A DNA stretch of 64,000 bases, from positions 64,001 to 128,000 of the forward strand of contig JAZDJN010000091.1 in assembly GCA_043803945.1 (NCBI GenBank), read 5' to 3'. This DNA comes from a bacterium (lineage in GTDB: Bacteria > Bacteroidota > Ignavibacteria > UBA10030). Shown piece after piece: positions 49,701 through 59,449 of the stretch; within the stretch, counting starts at the first letter, position 1; every line of letters begins with the position of its first letter. A program made the translations under genes and the position numbers. The notes beneath the pieces were generated by a model. The model saw only the letters and a program-made list of their open reading frames with translations, did no database searches and was not told where the DNA came from.

Positions 49701-52184
49701 ACGAATCTGGGAAGAAGTATATGGGCCAAAATTCGTTTGAGGATTGTCCGTTTTATAAAAGTGCATTGCCGTTCCACCGATGGGTGGAGGCGTAATCATC
49801 TCTTTAATAATCTCCTCCTGAACCATCTTGAACGACTCAACCTGCCCCGGAGTATTTGGATCTCCACCGGAAAAGAGAAGAAAGCTCTTATTCCAATCGT
49901 CAAAATCTTCCGTATCATATCGTTTGATTTTCTCGATGACCCGTTTCAGTTCTATTATGGAGTTGACCGGTAGGCGTCCGACACAAAGCTGGGGAATCGG
50001 CAATGAGTCGTCCAACACCGCGAACCAGGGATCACTGACAGGGTGGCCATACGATGGGACAGTCGGGATAGGAGCAACCGATGGATTTACAGGTGGAATT
50101 GCATTCTTATAATCATACGTAGCATCTCCGACGAGGAGCAGGTACTCTGGAATCGGCCCCAACCAACGTGTGGTCGATTTGATATATTCCCGGATCGATT
50201 CCGGAGTCGGGTAACCAAATCCAAATTCATTATAGATGTCATCAACATCAACCAATGCGATCTTGCGTTTGTACTGAGACTCGATGGTCGAAGCATACGA
50301 CTTACATTCCGCGATGTATCGCTTATGTGTAATCAAGAGATACTCTGCTGATCGTTGTGAATCACGAAGATTCGGGAAGTGAATACTGCTCTGGGTCAAG
50401 GGGATTTTAATCTTTGCAGGTGAGCATAGCAAATATTTATCTCCGTTCGATACGCTATCGCGAAATGTAATTGTATATGGAGGCCCGGATGAGTGTTCAA
50501 GCACTGAAATTCGTTTCGGAGATGGGCTCAACTTATAAAGAGCGGCGGCGGGTGTTGTAAGTCCTGAAACTCGCACAACCCGAAGGCCATCATTCGGGAG
50601 ATTTGTGAATGAAAAAAAAAGCGTATCTCCCACCGCACTCAACGAACGCGGATACTCAACATCGATCCAATCCACAATCATATAATTAATTGAAGAAGCA
50701 GTTGGCAGCGAGTAGACCCTAATGGCGTTCAGTCCATTCGTTAGGAGTTCAGAGTTAAAGCTCGCCTCGATGATCTCCTGAGAAAACCTGGTGACATCCT
50801 TAGCGGCGAGCGTGTCTGAAGAATTCACCCGCACACGAATGCGATGTGCCGGTTGGCTCTCATCTGCAGCCCAACTTGCCAGGCGAACGAAGAACCTTGC
50901 CGCGGGATAATTTCTGAAGAGATTATTCACCTGAAATGTCGCCTGAAAAGTTGATTTTGCAGAGAGCCAGCTCCACCCCCAAACATCCCCGGCCAGCCAA
51001 CGAGGATCCTGGTGCAGCAGCAAATTATCTCCAACAAATTGCAGAAACGAATTTTTCTCAAGGTGTTGCACCTCAGTATACCAGCTCAGTGTATCAGCAG
51101 CTCCACGGATACCCTCATTGGTACTATATCTGAGGCCCTCTTCCCCGCCCCATGTTAAGCAGTAGTACGATGTGTCGGTATAGCGGTTGAGAAAATTTGG
51201 GTACTCACCCGATGCTGTGGCAATCTTCCTGTACTCTTCCAGTTCATAATTCCGAAAGCCCGGGAATTCCAAATAATCGCCTGGCTCAAATTTTCCATCT
51301 TCCTCACCGGAGCAATAGAGGGGTAATTCCTTTCCTTTATTAAAGAGATGAAATGTTTTCGGATCAATCGAACCAATCTCGGAGATTTCTCTTTGCAAAT
51401 TTTCGTAACGGAGTCGATAGAGTCCATCCTCTGCAATCTTGAGGAGAATGTAGTTCTTCGTGTAGTCGATCCAGTTGCCGGTGGAGTCATTCCACGGCAG
51501 AGGCGATTTGGCAATACGCGGAAGATCCGCGGGATTAGCGACAAGTTCGTTTACGAGTAGATCGTTTGCTGAAGGCTGATTGTTGTGAGAGGAAGGAACT
51601 TCGAGTTTCTGGAATTCGAATCTCGCCTCAATCCGATCGGTGAATTGCAGGAGTGATCCGTTCCAGCGATAAGGGGAGAGGCGGATGCGAGCCAAACGAT
51701 ATCCCCGGTACCAGGCATACCCATACACTTCGAGCAAGGGTATGTTCTCCTGCTGTTCACACTGTCGCAGAAGTACTGTCACCGGAGCTAGCAATGAGGA
51801 ATCATGAGTCTGATGGTAACCGATTGGTATTGAAATCGAATCGGGAACAAGCAATGAGCTCTGAACTTGTCCAATTTGAGATTTGAGAGTGACACCGGGT
51901 GGTATTGCGAGGAAGAATTCCTGTGATGGAAACGCCACCCGTTCAGATGCAATACGAGGTAATGCCGTTCCGATTGCAGCGATGCCCCCTGCGAAATGCT
52001 GATGATACGGAATGAGCTCAACATTCAATACTAATCCTGATGGAAAATTCTTTGTCGTAATTGTACCCCATAAGAAACCCTTTTTGGCGGAGATGGAATC
52101 AGACACCTGAGAAAAAGCCGTCAATGTCAGAAATTGAAAATACACAGTGAGCAGTCGACCGAGCCGCCACAAATGATTATTCAT
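46791..52184 (-). CDS. C25 (gingipain/PorU-like) cysteine peptidase with CARDB and ILEI-like domains and a T9SS CTD
   Basis: Signal peptide; KIAEDGLYRL, YTDTSYY.L, YLLITH, VDDIYNEF..G, YLLLVGDATYD, SDPWF, VGRLP, NYIGHSG (His), FGCST (Cys), LLGDP; ILEI-like DDG..RDSWAFIG.KG; CTD NYPNPF...IFTIAGRLI..WDGRD..GNEIANGVYLYK. Confidence 0.9.
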   Translation of the reverse strand: MNNHLWRLGRLLTVYFQFLTLTAFSQVSDSISAKKGFLWGTITTKNFPSGLVLNVELIPYHQHFAGGIAAIGTALPRIASERVAFPSQEFFLAIPPGVTLKSQIGQVQSSLLVPDSISIPIGYHQTHDSSLLAPVTVLLRQCEQQENIPLLEVYGYAWYRGYRLARIRLSPYRWNGSLLQFTDRIEARFEFQKLEVPSSHNNQPSANDLLVNELVANPADLPRIAKSPLPWNDSTGNWIDYTKNYILLKIAEDGLYRLRYENLQREISEIGSIDPKTFHLFNKGKELPLYCSGEEDGKFEPGDYLEFPGFRNYELEEYRKIATASGEYPNFLNRYTDTSYYCLTWGGEEGLRYSTNEGIRGAADTLSWYTEVQHLEKNSFLQFVGDNLLLHQDPRWLAGDVWGWSWLSAKSTFQATFQVNNLFRNYPAARFFVRLASWAADESQPAHRIRVRVNSSDTLAAKDVTRFSQEIIEASFNSELLTNGLNAIRVYSLPTASSINYMIVDWIDVEYPRSLSAVGDTLFFSFTNLPNDGLRVVRVSGLTTPAAALYKLSPSPKRISVLEHSSGPPYTITFRDSVSNGDKYLLCSPAKIKIPLTQSSIHFPNLRDSQRSAEYLLITHKRYIAECKSYASTIESQYKRKIALVDVDDIYNEFGFGYPTPESIREYIKSTTRWLGPIPEYLLLVGDATYDYKNAIPPVNPSVAPIPTVPSYGHPVSDPWFAVLDDSLPIPQLCVGRLPVNSIIELKRVIEKIKRYDTEDFDDWNKSFLLFSGGDPNTPGQVESFKMVQEEIIKEMITPPPIGGTAMHFYKTDNPQTNFGPYTSSQIREALNRGGVVINYIGHSGTQTWDNGIGDPAQLQNSRGRSALISDFGCSTAKFAEPDIRSFGELFTLGESGSAIAYIGNSALGSSLSALTLPKYFYRELLRNGVREIGKAHLLAKIKRSNESGGVSSLHNRVMMLTNTLLGDPIVQLALPQKPNIILRGDAINAIPATPTDEDEKVLLSVPLFNTGLVTADSLSVKWLHQYQGIKIETTITCKLPRYSDTISLAYPVKGKPGLHCFTIMGDSENRLDEISESDNTASLQLNVLSRTLKVVSPLPNYSQFVKKFIVLNPALKPPDGSDIIALDIDSSEGFGNPLRLESKMGNVVTSFDLPALPAERYYFWRVGLPGMEASVSQGKFFLTKQEGVQWRQNDSLSFVQSEFLHTELTGRNEMQIAGRVIRVRVTSSGFGDGSFGALELDGSNILPNTFSRGITLAVLDSVTFTPEFIRMYDTNYLSSHSDSLQMALAIINSGKLVVMLVVDDGALQLTSGARAAIRSFGSHFIDSLKLRDSWAFIGWKGARAGSAFEQWRKAYTGRAVIDTLFSRKENSGSLISPDIGPAGKWLNLIIDKYLEDGSQIAVSVIGRKKNGEVEPLISRSPETSISLASIPASIYPTINIKADLFANASGISPLLKQWSVSLEPPAELAVNYQVVSVSQDTVIEGEDVILNGSVYNVGGQKVDSVSVVATAHLQGKWIIPLDTIVVPSIPPNSASAFKSIFNTAGRKGSHTLMISIDPENRLSELYRSNNLYALSIIVSSDTVRPSIEITFDGQHILEGDYVSARPEIRIDFIDNVPMRIVDPNMIELRLDDRKIHSAPTSENVVQQGNGGSQATLIVRPQLTSGEHLLSVQVVDVAGNFADTNAARISFRVDETNQVVDIFNYPNPFHLATDFTFNIVGSKIPEEIAVKIFTIAGRLIQEIKVQQMELRFGLNRMRWDGRDRDGNEIANGVYLYKITGRFGEERFDWIEKLVKMR

Positions 52185-53314
52185 TTACTCAATCCTCTCC
52201 CTGTAGTGATTATCGATTGATAGTATTCTATCGTCTCATCGATACACCGGTCATACCCAAAACATTCTTCATTCTTTTTTTTCGCTGCGCTCCCAAGTCT
52301 ATGAGCTTCCTCTGGATGCTCAAGAAGGAATTGGATTGCAGAGGCCAGTGCGGGCGGGTCTTGTGGCGGCACGAGTATCCCAGTTCTGAAATGTGTAATG
52401 AACTCCGATATGCCGCCCACATTAGTGGCAATGTGCGCCTTACCAAGGCTGCCAGCTTCAAGAAGAGTAAGGGGTAATCCCTCCTGGAACGAGGCAAGGA
52501 TAAAAAAATCGGCAAGCGAACCAACCGGCTGGAAGCTTATCGATGAAGGAAGAAAGCGTATAATGTCGCTAAGCTTCTGCTCAACAATTCTCTGTGCGAG
52601 CAATTGCTTCCTCTCACCATCCCCGACGAACAGCACTACGGCATGCTCCCGGCGAAGTATGTCAGCGTTCATACGAATTGCCTCGATAATGGACCGATGA
52701 TCCTTTTCGGGAGAGAGTCGGGCAACACAGGCTATCACCTTGTTTCTTGCCGATAATCCAAGCTCCATTCTTTTTTCCACCAGTTCATAAGTCGTCATTG
52801 GTTTCAGGGCGGGTACACCGGGGAGAATGGTTCTTACAGCACTCACCTTCTTATGAAAGCTGCCAACCAGTTCCTGATTGATTCTCGCGGAGATGGCGAT
52901 GGTATTATCTCCAAATATTGAACAGTGATGGAGGTTGTTGAACAGGCTGTGACACGTTGAGAGATGAATGGTGCCTGTGATTCTTGCGATGATTCTGCCA
53001 AGCAGATCGGAGAATCGTTTATGGGTATGAATGATAGTGATCCTATGCGATTGCACAACGTGGATGAGCGGGAAGAGAGAGTAAGAAAGCAAAGCGATCT
53101 TCTTCATTCTCTCTGTTGGCATATGTGTATGAAGAGGAATGAATGGGATAGGGCACTCAAGCGACTCCCGCAGCGGCCCATCGATTGCTGCCACGACCAC
53201 TTCTATTCCGCGTGAATATAATCCATTGGCCAAGAGTGTCACATGACGGGGCACTCCGCCAATCTCCAGATCATCCGTGAGGAGAAGAAGTTTCATTGGC
53301 AATGAGTGATGCAT
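52181..53314 (-). CDS. glycosyltransferase family 4
   Basis: GGVPRH, VARLSPEKDH, VGDG, S.QEGLPLTLLEA (EX7E), TNVGGI.E; ATGA overlap with the C25 gene. Confidence 0.93.
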   Translation of the reverse strand: MHHSLPMKLLLLTDDLEIGGVPRHVTLLANGLYSRGIEVVVAAIDGPLRESLECPIPFIPLHTHMPTERMKKIALLSYSLFPLIHVVQSHRITIIHTHKRFSDLLGRIIARITGTIHLSTCHSLFNNLHHCSIFGDNTIAISARINQELVGSFHKKVSAVRTILPGVPALKPMTTYELVEKRMELGLSARNKVIACVARLSPEKDHRSIIEAIRMNADILRREHAVVLFVGDGERKQLLAQRIVEQKLSDIIRFLPSSISFQPVGSLADFFILASFQEGLPLTLLEAGSLGKAHIATNVGGISEFITHFRTGILVPPQDPPALASAIQFLLEHPEEAHRLGSAAKKKNEECFGYDRCIDETIEYYQSIITTGRGLSK

Positions 53315-54567
53315 TGCTTTTCATCTTGTCCTTTGAGCATTCTCTCACAGAGTTGTTGAAAACGTACAGTATGGCATTCCCAGGAGAAATGTTCTTTTAT
53401 AAACTCTCTGGCTTCCCGGCCCATCTCACGTATCTCATCTTTCTTATCCATCAGAGCTTCAAACTGTGAAAGCCACCGATAGGGAGTCAATTCGGGAAGC
53501 GGAATGATTCCTTTTCCCATAGAGTAAATGTTTGAAAGAATACCTACTTCTGATGAACCGATAACCGGCACACCGGCCGCAAGCGCCTCGAGTGCGGCCA
53601 AACTCATGGTCTCATACTCGGATGCCAGTGCCAGAGCATCGTACTTCCCGAGCGACTTCATCAAAACCGGATGTGGCTGCCATCCCAGAAATGTTACATG
53701 GGCTTGAAGATTCAACGACATCGAGAGGAATTTGAGCCATCGCAATTGCCAGCCATCACCTGCAACGCTAAGATGAATCCTCTTTCTCACTGAGGATTTC
53801 ATGCTGGCAAGTGCATAGAGCAAGTGCTCGATATTCTTTCCGGGGGAATCGAGCCGTGCAATCGTCAGAATCTGGAGCACGGATGGATCAATGTTAGGGT
53901 CTTTAGATTCAGAGGGAATATGAACTCCTAATGGTATCTCCACGATAGTTTTATCGCAAAAGAGACTTGATATTTCGCGAGTGTGAGGCTTTGAGAGAGT
54001 AACGATACAATCCGCTTGATCGAGGATGGAGATGATTGCCCGGCAGGCTTTTCTCGCGGCAGATTTTCGGAAGGCTCCCGGCCCATCGTGATTTATGATG
54101 ACAAAGGGAATTAAGTGTTCCCGTGCAATTCTCCCAACGATGTTTCCCACAGGGTAAGCAAAATGTTCGAGGATCAAATCATACTGGTTCGCTCTGAGAA
54201 GCGACTCGATTGTCGATTCGAGCTGTCGGCCGACGAGTATGGGCAATATTTCCCAGGTGAGAGAATAGGGCAGATTAAATATCCTCTTATGAAAAACCAG
54301 CCCTCCCCCGCCTGTGCACATCCCGGTTTTTACTGCCCGGTTAGCCTGGATCCATTTTTGTTCTCTTCTAGATCCCAAAAGATTTTTCAATCTCGGCAGC
54401 ATATTGATAACCGAAAGCACATCAACCAAGGCGAACTGTTCTAGCGCATGTACATGATCAATGAACCAGCCCGAGAATGACCAATCTCCCTCAATCGGAT
54501 AGCGGTCCATGACAACCAAGATTCGTGGTAAAGTCTTATGCATACTCATCACTCCATCTTCTGCCAT
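53293..54567 (-). CDS. glycosyltransferase family 4
   Basis: IARLD..GKNI, AGDG, FLGW, SEYETMSLAALEALAAGVPVI. Confidence 0.9.
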   Translation of the reverse strand: MAEDGVMSMHKTLPRILVVMDRYPIEGDWSFSGWFIDHVHALEQFALVDVLSVINMLPRLKNLLGSRREQKWIQANRAVKTGMCTGGGGLVFHKRIFNLPYSLTWEILPILVGRQLESTIESLLRANQYDLILEHFAYPVGNIVGRIAREHLIPFVIINHDGPGAFRKSAARKACRAIISILDQADCIVTLSKPHTREISSLFCDKTIVEIPLGVHIPSESKDPNIDPSVLQILTIARLDSPGKNIEHLLYALASMKSSVRKRIHLSVAGDGWQLRWLKFLSMSLNLQAHVTFLGWQPHPVLMKSLGKYDALALASEYETMSLAALEALAAGVPVIGSSEVGILSNIYSMGKGIIPLPELTPYRWLSQFEALMDKKDEIREMGREAREFIKEHFSWECHTVRFQQLCERMLKGQDEKQCITHCQ

Positions 54568-55526
54568 TTACCATATCTCATGCAAATCCAGTCTACTATT
54601 GCATCGAGAAAAGCCCGCAGCGCTGCACCTTTTCCTCCCCCCTCTTTCTGAAGCACCACGCGATAGAGCTTCCAAGGAATGGCAGCCAACTGAAGTGAAA
54701 GGAAGAGCATTCTTTCCCACCACTGGAATATCAGAGTTCCGAAGAGAAGATGGTTGCGGGTCCCGTAATAGACCTTTATCATATCTCCCGAATGTGAACT
54801 TGCCGATCCATAGTGGTGTATTGTGCAGCGAGGAATTATAGCAAATCGAAATCCCCTTAGAGCAAGTCGGACACAGAATTCGGTATCGTCATAATAGAGG
54901 AAGAAGCGTTCATCAAACTCGCCGTACACCTCAACGAGACTTCGCCTGAAGAGAAAGCATCCGCCGGAAATCATCACAAGCTTGCTGCAGTCTACCCGAT
55001 GCTTTTCGATATCGGTTGCTGTAACCGGGTGCAGAATTTTTGTCCATCGGCGAGGGGGTTGAAGATAAATCGCTCCGGAGAATTCTTCTCTCCCACTACG
55101 GCTGTTGATATAGCGGCCCGTTACCCCTGCTGCATTCTCCGGAGCCGAAAGCATATGACGAACAAATTCTCCTAAGCAATCAGGTGCAACGACAACATCG
55201 TTATCGAGTTTCCAAAAAAATTCAACATCTGCATGAGCAGCGCGCAGCCCCTGGTTATATGCTGCAGGGGCTCCAAGATTTTCAATATTCTTAATGAGTG
55301 CGTTGTACCGAAATCCGCGAAGACTCATCTCCTTGAAGAACTTTTCGATTGCCTCTACAGAACCATCAGTCGAGCCATTGTCAATCACGAGAACTTGTAA
55401 ACACTCTTTTGGATAATGAAGACCGCTCAAGGATTGAAGACAAGCAAGAATATGCTGCCTTCCATTCCAATTGGGAATCAGGGCGCAGACCATCGGGAAA
55501 CGGTGCAAGGACTTCTCCAAAGTCAT
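54549..55526 (-). CDS. glycosyltransferase family 2
   Basis: IPNWNG, IDNGSTDGS, NLG...AYNQG, LDND, FDERFFLYYDDTEFC.R, YY..RN. Confidence 0.92.
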   Translation of the reverse strand: MTLEKSLHRFPMVCALIPNWNGRQHILACLQSLSGLHYPKECLQVLVIDNGSTDGSVEAIEKFFKEMSLRGFRYNALIKNIENLGAPAAYNQGLRAAHADVEFFWKLDNDVVVAPDCLGEFVRHMLSAPENAAGVTGRYINSRSGREEFSGAIYLQPPRRWTKILHPVTATDIEKHRVDCSKLVMISGGCFLFRRSLVEVYGEFDERFFLYYDDTEFCVRLALRGFRFAIIPRCTIHHYGSASSHSGDMIKVYYGTRNHLLFGTLIFQWWERMLFLSLQLAAIPWKLYRVVLQKEGGGKGAALRAFLDAIVDWICMRYGKWQKME

Positions 55527-56980
55527 AGATCACCTCTCTGGAAAAACTCTTTTCGAAAGGCAAGCAGGGAGCAGAAAAGAAAGGCGATGATCCCGAAAAC
55601 GTCCTGCATTACGGTGGGACGATATCCCACAGTGTGGAGAAACCCAATTCTGATGCACCAAGTAGAAAAAACGAGACATATTCCTTTGAACATGGAATGG
55701 ACAACAGATAAGAGTACAATGGAAAGCGGAGCCTCCCTCCGCATGAGCCAAAGATAAAGTACAAACTCAAGGAGAAACGTCATGGAAAAAATCGCTGATG
55801 CCGCGAGAGCTCCGTAACGAGGGATCATCAGCAGATTCATCCCGCCATTAAAGGTGAACAAGACGATGGAAACGATGAGAATTTTCCGTTGTGCATTGAG
55901 CGCAATGAAGTAGCTGCCAATAATCACACTTATGCTTCGAAAGATCATTCCAATAAGAAGAATGCTCAGATAGAAAGTGAGATTCTCATACTCTTTAAAA
56001 AAGACGGAGTGAAGGAGGGATGATCCTCCCGTCAGAAACACCCCAATCCCCGTCAAGAGTATCGAAAGTGTCGTTTTCACAAATGAGGAAAGATGGCCGT
56101 ATAACTGTTCCTTCGGAAGAGTTGATTTTGAAAATACCACCAGCGCAACTGCTCCGGCAGGAGTAATGAGCGCAAACAACGCTTCGCAGATTCGGCAGGC
56201 CACTCTGTACTCTCCCAATTCTCCAAGTGTACGATAGGAACCCAGTAAGAGTGAATCGATGTTCGCCAGAAAAATCATGCATGCCATCGCGAGCACTAGC
56301 GGCAAGCTTGACCGGAGAAGAGCGGTTCCATTGTCTATGAGCATGGTCAATGGAATAAATTCGATACAGGATGGCATTGACCGGTATGCCATAATTGCCA
56401 CGACGGCTGCACTCACTACTGTGGCCACACCAACAATATTCAAATCATGCGGTGATGAGAGAAAAAGAACGACCACCATCATATTACAAACCGCACCGGC
56501 AACCATGGCCACGGTCGCTTCACGAAACCTGCTCGATCCTTTGAGTGCCTGCAGAAGGGAGATATTTTGGAACAAGAGCGCGACACAACAGAAGTAAAGC
56601 AGATGGCGCAACTCAACAGATGTATTCCAGTGCATGATGCCAACCACGATGAGTAAACTCACAAACGCCCACATGCCAACACGGAGAATGAGAAATGCCC
56701 CGATCACACCGGATGATCGGCTGCGGTTTCCGGAGATGGATGAGAGAAGAGGAACATCGAGCTGAAATCCTGCGAGGAGATGGGCAAATGCCATAATCGA
56801 CCAGGCAAAGGAGACGATGCCAAATGCTTCTTTCCCTAACCGGTTTGCCATCACAAGCATCGCCACAAATGAAAATACCCGCACAGTTCCTTCTCCTATC
56901 GACATCAACAGCACTGGAGATATTCTCCTGCTAGAGAGCATCAAGCGATGCTGAACCTGACTATTCTCAACCATTATCAT
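55523..56980 (-). CDS. wzx: Wzx-type oligosaccharide flippase
   Basis: About 12-14 TM helices; RLG...FG, NIDSLLLG, LGEY, N.LMIPRYG..AA. Confidence 0.85.
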   Translation of the reverse strand: MIMVENSQVQHRLMLSSRRISPVLLMSIGEGTVRVFSFVAMLVMANRLGKEAFGIVSFAWSIMAFAHLLAGFQLDVPLLSSISGNRSRSSGVIGAFLILRVGMWAFVSLLIVVGIMHWNTSVELRHLLYFCCVALLFQNISLLQALKGSSRFREATVAMVAGAVCNMMVVVLFLSSPHDLNIVGVATVVSAAVVAIMAYRSMPSCIEFIPLTMLIDNGTALLRSSLPLVLAMACMIFLANIDSLLLGSYRTLGELGEYRVACRICEALFALITPAGAVALVVFSKSTLPKEQLYGHLSSFVKTTLSILLTGIGVFLTGGSSLLHSVFFKEYENLTFYLSILLIGMIFRSISVIIGSYFIALNAQRKILIVSIVLFTFNGGMNLLMIPRYGALAASAIFSMTFLLEFVLYLWLMRREAPLSIVLLSVVHSMFKGICLVFSTWCIRIGFLHTVGYRPTVMQDVFGIIAFLFCSLLAFRKEFFQRGDL

Positions 56981-56993
56981 AAAACCAAATGCA

Positions 56994-58319
56994 TTACTGA
57001 TTTAGCAAAGAGAATTGGACATGGCTGGAAGAATGGAGTACACCCAACTCCAAGCCATCCCGAATTGAAGCGACGGTTCCCTGGCAATTCCATCGCGCAT
57101 TCCTTCCAGCCAAATAAATTTGATGAGAAGCCAGCTTGGTACCCACCTCCTCGACCCAGACAGATCCTGGGTACCGCCAGGCATAGGCCATTGGAATCCA
57201 ATGTGGATCTGCAATCTCACATTCCCCGATAAATTCCCAATCCTGTAATTCATGAATGATGGTATTGCACTCGTCATCAATTTGGCGACTGGTCAATTCA
57301 ATGACAGAGGGAAAACTTTTTTCAACATAGAGACTTACATGTGTTCCTTTTCCACGGTGCTGCTTCGGTAAGAACCGCTCATCGACATTACTGTAGAAAC
57401 CCACGCGATGAATTCCCGTTTTGCTCTCCGGTACATAGAGCCAATGTTCAAGAGGACACCGTTCTCCTTTGCGCGCACCAACATTCAGCAGTAAGAGAGA
57501 TGTATGTGGATCGGGAGGAGATTCAGTACTGAGTCCCGTTGCTTTCACCATGAAGTGCAGCGGCAGAGAGGAGATTATTTTTGAATATGGTTGTATTGTA
57601 CCTTCGGCAAGCTCAATTTCTTTCGCAGTCAGAATAATTCGGACAACCGGGCAAGAAGTTTTTAGATAACACTGAGCGGCTAAGCGGCGGAACAGATCGT
57701 CGAATCCATAGTCGGGATAAGCGAACATCGAATGATATCCGATCTTTCTGCCCGCACTTTTCCTATCTGGAAGTATCTCTCCTCTCTCAACAGGAGTCTT
57801 ATAGAAATCCTGCGGTGCGATGGATTCCCAGAGACCTGCTGTGCACAATCTGTGGTACGGGGCAAAAAACAACTCACCGAGCGTCTCTCCGAATGTAAGA
57901 GTGAGCCACTCTTTCAGTGTCGAGGCCGGTTCATTCCACGGCAAGCGGATTTCTCCGTCGATACGGTCTTTGATATTTCTTCCAAGCATGTGAAGATGAT
58001 GTTGAATGGGATAGGGTATTACACATTGTTGGCGGGTCAGGTAAACTCCGGCTCGACGATCATAAGCAGTAAGCGGGACAAATGCCCTGAGATACCGTAG
58101 AATTTTTGTGTCTGATATTGAAAGCCAATGTCCCCCTGCAATCTCAAACCGATATTCCTGTTCAGACGAAGATCTTCTTTCAGTACGAGGTTGGCCCGGT
58201 GAGAGATAATACGTTGTGCACAATCCGCCGGCGATATTGTTTTTCTCGATGATAGTAAATCCTGAGACACTGCCAGCCGCTAATCCGGCAGGCCCGGCAC
58301 CAAGAATAATGATCGGCAT
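56994..58319 (-). CDS. FAD-dependent oxidoreductase (PPO/UDP-galactopyranose-mutase-like) in glycan cluster
   Basis: GAGPAGL, EK...GGLC, FE..GGHW, F.YP..G, AGR.ARW. Confidence 0.8.
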   Translation of the reverse strand: MPIIILGAGPAGLAAGSVSGFTIIEKNNIAGGLCTTYYLSPGQPRTERRSSSEQEYRFEIAGGHWLSISDTKILRYLRAFVPLTAYDRRAGVYLTRQQCVIPYPIQHHLHMLGRNIKDRIDGEIRLPWNEPASTLKEWLTLTFGETLGELFFAPYHRLCTAGLWESIAPQDFYKTPVERGEILPDRKSAGRKIGYHSMFAYPDYGFDDLFRRLAAQCYLKTSCPVVRIILTAKEIELAEGTIQPYSKIISSLPLHFMVKATGLSTESPPDPHTSLLLLNVGARKGERCPLEHWLYVPESKTGIHRVGFYSNVDERFLPKQHRGKGTHVSLYVEKSFPSVIELTSRQIDDECNTIIHELQDWEFIGECEIADPHWIPMAYAWRYPGSVWVEEVGTKLASHQIYLAGRNARWNCQGTVASIRDGLELGVLHSSSHVQFSLLNQ

Positions 58320-58359
58320 AACAATCCTCTCTATTGTTATTGCAGAAAATCAACAGCAA

Positions 58360-59241
58360 TTATCTGAACATGCTTTTGAGCAGACTGATCAGAAACCAGG
58401 GATTGCCAATCAGATATCGTTTCCACAATCGCCGTGGCTCCTGGGAGAGCCGGATTAGCCACTCACATCCGGCTCTCCCCATCCATCCAGGGCACCGCCA
58501 CTTAATGCCGGAAAGATATTCAAAGCAGGAACCGCCATTGAGAAAAATCCTCGCGCCCGCTTTTGTATAATTGTTCAGGATCCATTGTTCCTGCAGTGGC
58601 ATGCCCATTCCAACGACAATGACATCTGGATGCACTGCTTGAATTGAAGAGAGAAGAGCCTTTCCATCATCCGAAAAATATCCATGATGATACCCCGCAA
58701 TGGTGAGTTTTGGATACCACGATGAAATTCTCCTGACTGCTGTTTCAATAACTGTCGGACTTGACCCTAACAGAAAGACTGAACATCCCGCCTCCTGGCA
58801 GATTGAAAAGACATCATGAATCCAATCGGCCATGACTATTCGTTCCGGTATGTTCTTTCCAACGATCCACCCGCCGAATCGGACACCCTGGCCGTCGCAA
58901 TAGGTCAGCAATGAGTTATTAAGATAGTCAGCAAACCATGTTAGTTGATGTGCAAGGTGAACAGCGTGGATATTTATATAGCTTATCCAGCCTCGCTGGC
59001 GTTGATGCAGAAGCTGGGAGAATTTAGTGGTGAGCATCCGGCGTGATAATGGATGAAGATGAACACCCAATATGTCAACCGATGTCTGCTCCTTGCAGAC
59101 AGGTAACCAAGGTGAATGACGGAGCGGATGACTACGAAGTTCGTCGGTGATGACTCCTTCATACCGCAGATCGGATATTCTCATAATCCCTCCCCAGGAA
59201 ATATGGTGAATAACAAACGTACGGATGAATCCGCTTTTCAT
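58360..59241 (-). CDS. WecB/TagA/CpsF (GT26) glycosyltransferase
   Basis: DGQGV, ERI..AD, HHGYF, VGMGMPLQE.W, EWLIRL.QEPRRLW.RY; alternative start 59184. Confidence 0.93.
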   Translation of the reverse strand: MKSGFIRTFVIHHISWGGIMRISDLRYEGVITDELRSHPLRHSPWLPVCKEQTSVDILGVHLHPLSRRMLTTKFSQLLHQRQRGWISYINIHAVHLAHQLTWFADYLNNSLLTYCDGQGVRFGGWIVGKNIPERIVMADWIHDVFSICQEAGCSVFLLGSSPTVIETAVRRISSWYPKLTIAGYHHGYFSDDGKALLSSIQAVHPDVIVVGMGMPLQEQWILNNYTKAGARIFLNGGSCFEYLSGIKWRCPGWMGRAGCEWLIRLSQEPRRLWKRYLIGNPWFLISLLKSMFR

Positions 59242-59371
59242 GTATCACTATCAGTGGACTAAATAGCAGGGAGCGCTACACAGTTTGCTGAGCAACGCTC
59301 ATTCGGTGCTGCAGATACAATTAGTTATATTTTACTAGGTTTGTCAAGACGAAAATTCAACTTTCTGTTGA

Positions 59372-59418
59372 CAAAAAGCGTGATAACTCATTCAAAGAAA
59401 AAATAGCTATCACGCTTT
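59372..59418 (-). terminator. intrinsic terminator after the HEAT-repeat gene
   Basis: AAAGCGTGATA-loop-TATCACGCTTT with an A5 tract on +. Confidence 0.6.
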
Positions 59419-59449
59419 CCATAACCAAACACACTTCATCGGAACGTGA

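Noticed and set aside
46791-52184. Calling the gene porU outright
   Set aside because: No adjacent porV, and it has extra CARDB/ILEI domains; a PorU-like paralog is as far as the sequence supports
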